IMG/VR virus record: IMGVR_UViG_3300025401_000022
Coordinates: 1 to 64,000 of that record
Strand: one strand, 5' to 3'
DNA: 64,000 bases
Source of the DNA: a virus
Part shown: piece after piece, positions 19,184 through 26,864 of the stretch
Layout: the number at the start of each line of letters is the position of its first letter
Position numbering within the stretch: position 1 is the stretch's first letter
Program-made: the position numbers and the translations under genes
The notes under the pieces: model-generated
Databases searched by the model: none
What the model saw: only the letters and a program-made list of their open reading frames with translations
What the model was told of the DNA's origin: nothing

Positions 19184-19419
19184 AAAAATGCTGCACTGCA
19201 TCCTGGATTTGGATCCACCATACAAATGAGAATGATTCTTATTTGGTCTATACAAATCAATAACTTACGAGCTCGGATCCACAGTATCCATAGTATCCAC
19301 CCTTTATTCAGGTTATTTTTTATTTTAAAAAAATAAAAAATAAATATCTGGAGTAAAAGTGAAAACTACTGTGGATACTGTGGATCGTACTCAAAATATC
19401 TATTGGAATCAAGCACTTA
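19184..19419. other. Origin-like element L (iteron arms around an AT core, IHF-consensus sites)
   Basis: ATCCA(C/T)AGT repeats at 19276-19300 and inverted at 19367-19386; A/T-only core; WATCAANNNNTTR at 19255-67 and 19407-19. Confidence 0.6.
19223..19245. promoter_or_regulatory. Fur-box-like palindrome
   Basis: CAAATGAGAATGATTCTTATTTG, a near-perfect inverted repeat resembling GATAATGATAATCATTATC. Confidence 0.55.
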
Positions 19420-19478
19420 CCGTGCCACCCTTTGGCACCTGTATCCTGCCACTATCCTGCCACTTTTTAAAATCGGGC

Positions 19479-19544
19479 CATAGAGGCGTTTAAAATGACT
19501 GGGTAAGGGGGTAGCCTCACATAGCCCTAAAAAACGCCTCTATG
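19479..19544. repeat. 13-bp inverted repeat
   Basis: CATAGAGGCGTTT (19479-91) / AAACGCCTCTATG (19532-44). Confidence 0.8.
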
Positions 19545-19547
19545 AGG

Positions 19548-19820
19548 CTATAAACAGACTATGGTGCCGATGCTGGTCTTCGTGCACCTGACAATCGTGC
19601 CGTCAGGCATCTGCACAACCTGAGCCAGCGCACTGGCGATGTGAAAGCCAAAGTACAGAATAAACGCCACGATGGCAATCCAGCCATACTTATTCCAGCG
19701 GTGGTACTGGCGCTCACGCTCTAAAAAGATAAAGCGCTCGGGTTTGCCGTAGTCTAGCTCAATCCCCCTGCAGTCGCAAACACTGCGCCCTTGGTTACAA
19801 TTTCCTGAGCACCCCTTCAT
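19548..19820 (-). CDS. Small membrane protein with Cys-rich N-terminus
   Basis: CSGNCNQGRSVCDC followed by a TM segment. Confidence 0.55.
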   Translation of the reverse strand: MKGCSGNCNQGRSVCDCRGIELDYGKPERFIFLERERQYHRWNKYGWIAIVAFILYFGFHIASALAQVVQMPDGTIVRCTKTSIGTIVCL

Positions 19821-20014
19821 TTGTTCACCTCGTATCCTAAGTTGTCTTTAATAAATTTGTACGCCCACTTTCTAAACGCGATGCGGTTCTCGCTGGTCTG
19901 CTCCTCCCGCTCGTCCCACTTAGCCTCGACCAAGAAGTTACCCTCCAAGTCGTTGAACTCAATCGCGGTAATGTTGCCGTCCTTGTCATAAATATCCGTT
20001 GGTATTGCTTTCAT
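19817..20014 (-). CDS. Hypothetical protein
   Basis: ATGA-coupled, RBS. Confidence 0.55.
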   Translation of the reverse strand: MKAIPTDIYDKDGNITAIEFNDLEGNFLVEAKWDEREEQTSENRIAFRKWAYKFIKDNLGYEVNK

Positions 20015-20346
20015 GTTATCTCCTTAATTAGTGGTGACTTATCCTTCCATGAGTCGGTGTCACCGTAGTCACCCCTAATCATGCTCATGCGCTCCTCTTT
20101 TCTAAACGCTGGCTCGATGGCCCACCATGCTAGGCTGGCCTCCTTGTACTCGACCCACGCGTCATTTTCTAAAAACATGGGATGGTTGAGCCCAGCCACG
20201 TCCACGGTGCACACCACGTCACTGGTGGGTTGCCACCCCTTGGCGTTCTTCCTGCGGTACTGCCCCAGCGAGACGTTGTCTCGGGCGCGGATAAAGCGTA
20301 CGTATGCGCGGGTCTGTTCGTCTGTTAATTTAATCATCGTGTTCAT
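20011..20346 (-). CDS. Hypothetical protein
   Basis: Coupled gene run. Confidence 0.55.
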   Translation of the reverse strand: MNTMIKLTDEQTRAYVRFIRARDNVSLGQYRRKNAKGWQPTSDVVCTVDVAGLNHPMFLENDAWVEYKEASLAWWAIEPAFRKEERMSMIRGDYGDTDSWKDKSPLIKEIT

Positions 20347-20893
20347 CTTCCATCTTGTCTAATTGTAGGGCGTCTAATGACGTTGGTTCTTGCAACATAT
20401 AAAACTTTAACTGGTTTACGCGCTTGGTTGTTTTCCCAAGCACCTTGGCCAGCTCCTGAACCGTTGGCGTTCGGCCTAGGGTCTGAGTCAGTGCACGCTC
20501 GGTGTACGTCATCTTGCGTATCTCTTCGCGCACCTTAATCGGTATGCGAACTAGGTTCTCCTCGTCGTCCTGCCCACGCTCTACCCCACGCAGGATAAAC
20601 CGCTTGGCAAAGGTCGCGAACTTGGCGCCGTTCTTTGGCACCCACTGACGTGCCGCCTTGATGAGCGCCTCGTTGCCCATGCCAATCAAGTCCTCCTGAG
20701 GCGTGCGTGAGTGGTTCCACGCGGTCAGCTTGCGCACCGTGTACACCACAAAGCGCAGGTTGTGCGTCACTAGCCTGTCCAGTGCCTGCTCGTCACCTTG
20801 CTGAATGCGACGTGACAGCTCGTACTCCTCTGCCGAGTCCAGCACTGGTATGCCGTACAGTGACTGCAGGTAGTCAGTTAAAAAGTCGTTCAT
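20330..20893 (-). CDS. Truncated sigma70-family factor (regions 1.2, 2 and 3; no region 4)
   Basis: DYLQSL..IPVL..AEEYELSRRIQQGD..ALDRLVTHNLRFVV, DLIGMGNEALIKAA, KFATFA, VRIP, LGRTPTVQELA, PTSLD; stops after an acidic 3.2-like tail; start MNDF inferred. Confidence 0.85.
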   Translation of the reverse strand: MNDFLTDYLQSLYGIPVLDSAEEYELSRRIQQGDEQALDRLVTHNLRFVVYTVRKLTAWNHSRTPQEDLIGMGNEALIKAARQWVPKNGAKFATFAKRFILRGVERGQDDEENLVRIPIKVREEIRKMTYTERALTQTLGRTPTVQELAKVLGKTTKRVNQLKFYMLQEPTSLDALQLDKMEDEHDD

Positions 20894-21147
20894 TATGAGT
20901 CCATCCATATAAGAGTTGTTGCCACGGCCGCGGCTATTAGCAATGGCCACAGCTGTGGAAAGAAAAAACACAACACAATAAATCCAGCCAGTGCCACCAT
21001 GCCCCTATAACCTATCTTGGCAAACAACACTGGAAAGCCCTTGTAAGCCACGTAAAGCAGTTGTGCCGCGGCTATTAGTAACGATACTCCGACGATAAAT
21101 TGCACCTTGTGTCCTTTCGATGGTTTATGCCCGTGATGTCCGCTCAA
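20893..21147 (-). CDS. Small multi-TM membrane protein
   Basis: Hydrophobic 84 aa; stop overlaps the sigma start. Confidence 0.55.
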   Translation of the reverse strand: MSGHHGHKPSKGHKVQFIVGVSLLIAAAQLLYVAYKGFPVLFAKIGYRGMVALAGFIVLCFFFPQLWPLLIAAAVATTLIWMDS

Positions 21148-21323
21148 AATGGTGCCTCCTGCAGTATGGCTACTGCGACTTGGTACGGGTTTGCTTTAGG
21201 CTCGCGCGGTAGTGTCACCAAGCTCATACCATTGGTTAGGTAGGGGGTAGCCTCCAGCTTTGATACAAACTTCCTGCAGGCCCCTCCAAACTCATCCATG
21301 AGGACGTAACGATATTGGCTCAT
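21144..21323 (-). CDS. Hypothetical protein (MSQYRY...QEAPF)
   Basis: ATGA overlap gives a start at 21323. Confidence 0.5.
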   Translation of the reverse strand: MSQYRYVLMDEFGGACRKFVSKLEATPYLTNGMSLVTLPREPKANPYQVAVAILQEAPF

Positions 21324-21520
21324 GGTATGAATGCCTCGCGCTTGAGCTGGTTGCCCAGCTTGTCCTGCAAGTACATCACCACGTCCCACTCGCCGTCGTC
21401 GCGGCCGCGTGAGCGCTCCGCGTTGGTCAGCTTGTCAGCGTACCAGTAAAGCGCACGCTTGATAGCTAGGAACTCCTCCGCGTCGAGGTTTAACTCAAAG
21501 CGGTTAGTGTTGATCTTCAT
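21320..21520 (-). CDS. Hypothetical early protein
   Basis: Coupled gene run. Confidence 0.5.
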   Translation of the reverse strand: MKINTNRFELNLDAEEFLAIKRALYWYADKLTNAERSRGRDDGEWDVVMYLQDKLGNQLKREAFIP

Positions 21521-21786
21521 GCTGACACCTTGCGCACGACGACTGCGTCCACTGCCTTAATTGCTGTGACCTTAGCCACAGTAGTCACGTCGCAAAACTC
21601 GCGAACTAATTTAGGGTCAATGCTGGCTCGGTCGTAGTGTTGCACCTCGGCAATGAAGTCCATTCCTTGGTACTTACCTACACCGCGAGCAATGAGCTCA
21701 GCCTTGAGCTTACGAGCTGTAGATTCGAGCTCAGCGATCTGCTGGTTAATGATTCCTAAGTCGTCGATCATGTTATCTGTAATCAA
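21517..21786 (-). CDS. Hypothetical early protein
   Basis: AAGGAG RBS; N-terminal coiled coil. Confidence 0.55.
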   Translation of the reverse strand: MITDNMIDDLGIINQQIAELESTARKLKAELIARGVGKYQGMDFIAEVQHYDRASIDPKLVREFCDVTTVAKVTAIKAVDAVVVRKVSA

Positions 21787-21815
21787 TTTAATTCTCCTTT
21801 GTGTGTTTTCTAAAA

Positions 21816-22082
21816 TTATACCACGACTGATTCGTGCATTGTTTTGTTGATCTCGCGTATCAGGCTTGCGTCCTCAAACCACATAACGCGTGCGTACGTC
21901 CTGCGTGTTGGCTTGCGCGGTGTGCTTTCAGGCGCGTCGCCTGTGTGCACGAACAACGCGAAGGCGTAGCACGCCAGCTTGTCAGTCGCGCACTTGGTTG
22001 CGTGCACGCACCCGTCGCACGGCATTGGCTCATTTAAAAACTTTCTCATTTTAAAGTTCATAGTATTACTCCTGATTATCAA
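21816..22082 (-). CDS. Four-Cys (CxxC-x5-C-x6-C) putative metal-binding protein
   Basis: PCDGCVHATKCATDKLAC; true start probably the internal MNFK. Confidence 0.5.
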   Translation of the reverse strand: MIIRSNTMNFKMRKFLNEPMPCDGCVHATKCATDKLACYAFALFVHTGDAPESTPRKPTRRTYARVMWFEDASLIREINKTMHESVVV

Positions 22083-22260
22083 GTTGTTCTAGGTCTTCCT
22101 GCCACCATGCCATCACGGTGCATATATCGCTCCACTCTGCGTCGTACTGGGGATCTTGACCCTCAGGTATGCAGTCCTCGCGATACGCCTCTAGGGCACG
22201 CCAAATCGCGCCAAATTGGCTGTCTCTGTCATTACTGGTTACTGGTTTAAATGTCGCCAT
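22066..22260 (-). CDS. Hypothetical early protein
   Basis: AGGAG RBS; acidic. Confidence 0.55.
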   Translation of the reverse strand: MATFKPVTSNDRDSQFGAIWRALEAYREDCIPEGQDPQYDAEWSDICTVMAWWQEDLEQLDNQE

Positions 22261-22447
22261 CTTGATCTCCTGTGTCCCAATTGCTTACTGCCACAAATAC
22301 CTGCTGGATGTCGCACTTTGGAAACTTCTCACGCGCGATACTTACAGCCTCATGCGCGTCCTGCGCCCAAAATTGATGCCAGTCATAGTGGCGTGGCTCT
22401 TCGTGTGTTGCCAGTTCAATTGCAAATACTTTAGTCTCGTAGCTCAT
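22247..22447 (-). CDS. Hypothetical early protein (MSYETK...)
   Basis: GAGGAG RBS before ATG at 22447. Confidence 0.5.
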   Translation of the reverse strand: MSYETKVFAIELATHEEPRHYDWHQFWAQDAHEAVSIAREKFPKCDIQQVFVAVSNWDTGDQDGDI

Positions 22448-22451
22448 GGTG

Positions 22452-22604
22452 TTACTCCTCATCAAATTCAAAGTTAATAGTTTGCTTGCAGTGCAGGCAC
22501 TGCTCCACATATATGATGCCGTTGTCACTGACCGCCTCAGTCTGAGCCCCATCGTATGGGCAGGTGAACGGAGCGTCAGCGTCCGCGATAAACACGTCAA
22601 TCAT
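22452..22604 (-). CDS. Small zinc-ribbon-like protein (CPYD...CLHC, 50 aa)
   Basis: Translated by hand; ATGA overlap with the upstream ORF. Confidence 0.45.
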   Translation of the reverse strand: MIDVFIADADAPFTCPYDGAQTEAVSDNGIIYVEQCLHCKQTINFEFDEE

Positions 22605-22879
22605 TTTGGTCCTTTCTTGCTTTCTCTGAGCACGCGTAGATCTTCGCGATACTGCTCCTTGTTCTCTTCGTACTGGCGACGTGTCATCTCTACGCCACGC
22701 TCACCACTGATTGTAGTCGGATCGGGTCGGCACACTAAAATCATGTCGTCAGGTGACTCGACTGGTACCTCGTACACTGGCTCCCATGGCACGTCAGGTG
22801 CGCTGGGTTGTTTGGACCAAGTCCGTGACACGTAGCGTGCCTCGTCACGTGCCCTACAAATTGCGTTAAGTGATCTCAT
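22601..22879 (-). CDS. Hypothetical early protein
   Basis: GGAGG RBS. Confidence 0.5.
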   Translation of the reverse strand: MRSLNAICRARDEARYVSRTWSKQPSAPDVPWEPVYEVPVESPDDMILVCRPDPTTISGERGVEMTRRQYEENKEQYREDLRVLRESKKGPK

Positions 22880-22880
22880 G

Positions 22881-23132
22881 TTAAGCCTCCCATACAGTTA
22901 GCTGGGCAGGGTTCTGCCATTCAGCGAATAAATTATACTTGCGCAGTGTCTCAGTAATCACTGGTGACACGCCGAACTCCCAGTCAGGGATCATGTGCCC
23001 GTCATAGTAGTCACAGAAGTCGTGACCGTCCTCAGCACTAATCCAAAAATTAGGCTGGTCGTCGTGGTACTCACGTACCGCTACGCCTTGTTTTTTGAGC
23101 GCGTTGAACGCGTTGCGAAAAGCTCTTTTCAT
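22881..23132 (-). CDS. Hypothetical early protein
   Basis: GGAGG RBS; coupled. Confidence 0.55.
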   Translation of the reverse strand: MKRAFRNAFNALKKQGVAVREYHDDQPNFWISAEDGHDFCDYYDGHMIPDWEFGVSPVITETLRKYNLFAEWQNPAQLTVWEA

Positions 23133-23356
23133 ACTGCCTCCTGTTTCAGAAATAAATTATATAAACCATCTTTGACCTGAGCCAAAGTGTTGCGTACTAC
23201 ATTGGCTGAGCTCGAGAGCTCGACAGCCAACTCACTATCACCACGCGCATTGGCGCAGTCTGCGAGCTCAGTGAGCTCTTTAATATGCGCTCTGAGCGCA
23301 TTTTCCATCAACAACGCTTGGCGTTGTGTCAGGAATATATCAAAACCTTTTACCAT
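23129..23356 (-). CDS. Hypothetical early protein
   Basis: AGGAGG RBS. Confidence 0.5.
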   Translation of the reverse strand: MVKGFDIFLTQRQALLMENALRAHIKELTELADCANARGDSELAVELSSSANVVRNTLAQVKDGLYNLFLKQEAV

Positions 23357-23364
23357 ACATCCTC

Positions 23365-23667
23365 CTATTTGATATGAATAAATTTAAAGTGGTCTTTAAT
23401 AAACTTATTAGTATGCGCAATAGCCTGCTTGCGGATCTCGTTGAGCTCCTTGGCGATGTTGTCACCGCTCAGCTCCTTGATCCAGCCACGACCGTACCAC
23501 TGCTCGTGGTTAGGGTGGTAGTCCAGCTCGATGCAGTTCTCACCCCACGTGATGCAGAACGACTTGCCACCCTGCTTTAGGTACTCAGCAAGCGTGCGCA
23601 TGATGACTGCACGTGATGGCTTGCGCTTGTTGAACTCGATGTCAATTACTGGGAATAGTTGGCTCAT
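23365..23667 (-). CDS. Hypothetical early protein
   Basis: GGAG RBS. Confidence 0.55.
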   Translation of the reverse strand: MSQLFPVIDIEFNKRKPSRAVIMRTLAEYLKQGGKSFCITWGENCIELDYHPNHEQWYGRGWIKELSGDNIAKELNEIRKQAIAHTNKFIKDHFKFIHIK

Positions 23668-23712
23668 AAAATCTCCGTTGTGTTGATGTGTCTATTATAC
23701 TGGGTCACTGGC

Positions 23713-24108
23713 TCACTGAGTGAGCTCGTATGGTTTATCCCAGTCGCCTACGTTCAGGTGAAAGTAGTACGCGGTGTCAAAGTAGTCCACCTGCGCGTCC
23801 GACTTGTCATAGTAGTCCGCGCTCTTAAGCGCGTCAATGATCTCACCGATCACGCGCTGAGGGCGGTGTGTGAAGTGATCTTCGTACCAGTACGGGTTCA
23901 CTTGGATGTGGTTGCGTACGTGCAAGTCAAAGTCTTTGCCAGTGGTCTGCTTGAAGTTCTCCATGAAGTCCACTGGGCCACTGCGTAGGGTGCAGGTGAT
24001 GCTCATGTGATCCTGCACGCGCAGGCTGTACTTGATGCCCAGTGGTTTGAGCACCTTGTCTAGGTTAGCCTTGATGATCTTCTTCTTGTCTTGGTTCATG
24101 TATGCCAT
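23713..24108 (-). CDS. Early protein with LPD29-like motif
   Basis: YYDKSDAQVDYFDTAYY matches the recalled YDNSD.MTDYF polyvalent-protein motif. Confidence 0.55.
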   Translation of the reverse strand: MAYMNQDKKKIIKANLDKVLKPLGIKYSLRVQDHMSITCTLRSGPVDFMENFKQTTGKDFDLHVRNHIQVNPYWYEDHFTHRPQRVIGEIIDALKSADYYDKSDAQVDYFDTAYYFHLNVGDWDKPYELTQ

Positions 24109-24119
24109 GGTGTAGCTCC

Positions 24120-24251
24120 TTATTGGTTATGGTGTAGTTCGTCCATCAGCATGGCCCACTCAATCTCTGCGTCGGTCTGCTCAAGCTCGTCAACGCCGTA
24201 GCGTCTCTCTAGCTCTTCAAGTACTTCGGATAGTGGTAGATCTTTGGTCAT
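24120..24251 (-). CDS. Small acidic early protein (43 aa)
   Basis: Translated by hand; GAGGAG RBS; ATGA overlap. Confidence 0.5.
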   Translation of the reverse strand: MTKDLPLSEVLEELERRYGVDELEQTDAEIEWAMLMDELHHNQ

Positions 24252-24424
24252 GTTAGCTCCTCAAGTTTATGTAGTACATCAGTATAGCCGTCGTTACGTT
24301 GCAGGACGCCGTCCTTGGCGCGTTTAGTAGCTTGGCGTAGGTTGTTGTCAGTGAACTCCCAGTAATGCGTCACAGCCCCGTCTATGGGGTCTGTGTACGT
24401 TGCTCTGTATCGTTTGTTGGTCAT
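24248..24424 (-). CDS. Small early protein (58 aa)
   Basis: Translated by hand; AAGGAGG RBS. Confidence 0.5.
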   Translation of the reverse strand: MTNKRYRATYTDPIDGAVTHYWEFTDNNLRQATKRAKDGVLQRNDGYTDVLHKLEELT

Positions 24425-24433
24425 GTTGCCTCC

Positions 24434-25078
24434 TTATGCGGTTTGTAAAGTGCGCCAAGAGCGCGGTGACATCCAAGATTTTAACACCCTGCCAGTACTC
24501 TCTTGCGTGTAGTTGAACCACAAGCGCTGTCCGTCTTGCTGTACTGCTGTCATCACTAACCCCTTGGCGTTGACGCGCTTGTCACCAGCCTGAATGCGCT
24601 CGGCTGGTACTGGCTTAGCTACTACTGCCAGCTCAGTGCCGTGCACCTTGTCAGCCAGTGCGCTCATCATCTTAGCGAAGTCTTCACCAGCCTTAGCACG
24701 GTACGTCATCAGGTAAGCCTCATGCTTACGAATGTCTTGTTGGCGATACTCAGGCGCATCGGCAAACAATGCCACTTCTGCTACGCGCTTGCCGTCTACC
24801 ATCTTCATGTAGCCAGTCTTGTACTCGACTGGGTCGTGCATGCCTGCCAGTGTCTCTTCTGCCTTGATGCGCAGGTCGTGGGCTTGTTTTAATACATCAG
24901 CGATCATGCTGTCAGTCTCAGTACGACGCTTTTCAAGCGGTGCGTAGCGGTGACCTTGACATACGCCTTGGAACCAGCCGTTAGCTACTGTGTAGCCGTG
25001 AGCTGAGATGCCGCCGCGTACTGCCTGCTGACGTCCACAGCACTGGCAGTGACCGCGTGTTTGAGTTGATGTTGCCAT
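24434..25078 (-). CDS. Early protein with Cys/His N-terminal metal-binding motif
   Basis: GHCQCCGR...HGY...GVC.G; AAGGAG RBS. Confidence 0.65.
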   Translation of the reverse strand: MATSTQTRGHCQCCGRQQAVRGGISAHGYTVANGWFQGVCQGHRYAPLEKRRTETDSMIADVLKQAHDLRIKAEETLAGMHDPVEYKTGYMKMVDGKRVAEVALFADAPEYRQQDIRKHEAYLMTYRAKAGEDFAKMMSALADKVHGTELAVVAKPVPAERIQAGDKRVNAKGLVMTAVQQDGQRLWFNYTQESTGRVLKSWMSPRSWRTLQTA

Positions 25079-25101
25079 GGTGATAGCTCCTTTAGTTAAT
25101 T

Positions 25102-25153
25102 GATCTCATCAGTACCAGCCTAACTGGTAGACAGCCGTGAGGCTGTTTCGATC
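25102..25153 (-). ncRNA. Type II hammerhead ribozyme
   Basis: Minus strand GAUC-GAAA-CAGCC-ucac-GGCUG-UC^-UACCAG-uuagg-CUGGUA-CUGAUGA-GAUC: complete core, three stems, GUC cleavage triplet. Confidence 0.9.
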
Positions 25154-25303
25154 TTAATATCCAGCATCCCACTGGCATCCGTTGTCAATCCATCGTGCCT
25201 CGTCTTTGGCAGTTTGATAGAGCTCATCTTGCCAGTCGTCATAACCTTGGCAATCTTCTGCGTTATCAAACTCTGTACCGTCTTTGGCGATGTATTTAGT
25301 CAT
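25154..25303 (-). CDS. Small acidic early protein (MTKYIAKDGTEF..., 49 aa)
   Basis: Translated by hand; AGGAG RBS; stop abuts the hammerhead. Confidence 0.6.
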   Translation of the reverse strand: MTKYIAKDGTEFDNAEDCQGYDDWQDELYQTAKDEARWIDNGCQWDAGY

Positions 25304-25325
25304 AGTGATTCTCCTATTGATTGGT

Positions 25326-25374
25326 TAGTACTGCCTCGAGAGCACTGCATTGCAATGCGCTCTGAGCACTACTA
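25326..25374 (-). other. Long imperfect hairpin (possible RNase III site)
   Basis: TAGTA...AGAGCACTGC / GCAATGCGCTCT...TACTA arms just upstream of an RBS. Confidence 0.45.
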
Positions 25375-25382
25375 TCTGCCAG

Positions 25383-25617
25383 CTGTTGGGACACCCTACC
25401 CCGCTGGTACTTCTTTAGAGCTCCATCCACTGTCTAGGCGGAGCTCACAGGCACCTATGCACCTGATCTGCCACACGTTTTACAAGGCTGGTACTTAGTC
25501 ACCTTGCACTGGTAACGCCAGTGAGTCGATCGCTCGGCTAGTGGGCTCTTCGCTTAGTTACTGCATGACACGCTGAACTGTGGCACCGCTCCTAATCACC
25601 TGACTGCCTTACAACAG
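25383..25617 (-). ncRNA. Candidate ~235-nt structured leader/ncRNA
   Basis: Starts just after TATAAT (25623-28, minus); closing CUGUUG/CAACAG; stems GAGCUCC/GGAGCUC, CACUGG/CCAGUG, UGCCACA/UGUGGCA, AAGGC/GCCUU. Confidence 0.5.
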
Positions 25618-26263
25618 ACTCCATTATAGTCACAGATATACGCATTTTGATTCCACGATGTGAAATAATTCGGAGTGTGCACTAACATAATTTGGTCACT
25701 GGAAAACGGACAGCTAACCCCCGTGGTTACTGGAATACTAGAGATCTCAGAGAGTTGAGGGGTAAGTATCACCTGATAGCGATCGCGTCTCTATGGCCCG
25801 ATTAGGGGCATTGCTGGGGATTCGCTATCGGGCAATATCGCCACCTCACGTCCACCCACCCTCTCAGGCTCTCGCGTGCGCGTACCACTCAGCCACACCA
25901 CCACACTGCACCACCGCGCCCACTCCACCACCCCACCAGCCTGCCGTCCCTAGCACACTGCCAGCTCAGCGTCAAGCAATACCCATACTGCCAGTGTGGT
26001 TATTAGCTGGGCCAGCACGCTGGGGCCCGCGTCCACTCTGTCCCCATTACTAGCAGTCAGGGTGGGTGAGTGCCAGCGTGGGGCGCGAGGGGCTGTTCCA
26101 CATTGTGAGATGGCGTTCCGCATTGTGGTGGCCCTCCTTTGTGGCGCAGGGTCCCCTTTTTGCCAAGTCGACACCCCGTGAGCAGGTACCCAGGGGGCCG
26201 GGCGGAGGCCCCAGGTCAAAGCTCAAGTTTGTATAATTTTTTATTATTTTTTGTTATATAGAC

Positions 26264-26466
26264 AAAAATGCTGCACTGCATCCTGGATATTTGCCAGGGT
26301 ACAATTTTGTATGGTGGCACGATAACCCGTTGATTTTAAAGAACATTATACTTACGATCCACAGTATCCACAGTAGTTTTACTTTTTTTTATTTTTTTTT
26401 AAAAAAGATAAAAAGATATATAGGGTAATAGTCGTTTAGACCCTGGATACTATGGATACTGTGGAT
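26264..26466. other. Origin-like element R (counterpart of element L)
   Basis: 25-bp direct repeat of 19184-19208; 26353-80 is the exact reverse complement of 19362-89; 26444-66 is the reverse complement of 19277-99; IHF consensus at 26323-35. Confidence 0.6.
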
Positions 26467-26539
26467 AGTGATTACTTTTAGTTATATAGACCGGCCGTTA
26501 ATATGATTTTTAGTTATATAGGCCAAAATGCAGCATTGT

Positions 26540-26549
26540 GCGTATTAGT
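26540..26549 (+). promoter_or_regulatory. GCGTATTAGT motif
   Basis: Upstream of the packaging operon. Confidence 0.7.
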
Positions 26550-26555
26550 AGGAGT

Positions 26556-26864
26556 ATGAACAAGTACGTTTACCAAATCCAAGGCGCACTGGAAGACAGC
26601 AACCAAAACCTACTAGGGTTACGAGTGCTGGTGTGTGACCTGCACAATTTTGATTCAGTAGACGTACCAATTGAGGTTTTAGATAAAGAGACAGCTAAGT
26701 ACTTAGCTTTTCGTCTAAAACTAACAGACGGCGCCTTGGTTATCCAAAAACTACCCAATGGCGTCATTAACAAAATTAGACTGCTATTAGGCAAATACCT
26801 AGATAAGTGGGTATTGGAAAACTTTCATGGCAATATTGGCAACACAAAAGGTGTTAACCCTTGA
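26556..26864 (+). CDS. Hypothetical protein
   Basis: AGGAG RBS; first gene of the plus-strand block. Confidence 0.6.
   Translation: MNKYVYQIQGALEDSNQNLLGLRVLVCDLHNFDSVDVPIEVLDKETAKYLAFRLKLTDGALVIQKLPNGVINKIRLLLGKYLDKWVLENFHGNIGNTKGVNP

Noticed and set aside
19184-19419. attP or protelomerase telRL site
   Set aside because: No integrase or protelomerase is seen in the window, and the palindromes are imperfect with long AT cores; an origin-like reading fits better.
25214-26219. Track ORFs 25214..25498, 25793..26053, 25950..26219 and 25996..26181
   Set aside because: No RBS, low-complexity translations, and overlap with RNA structures or the control region.
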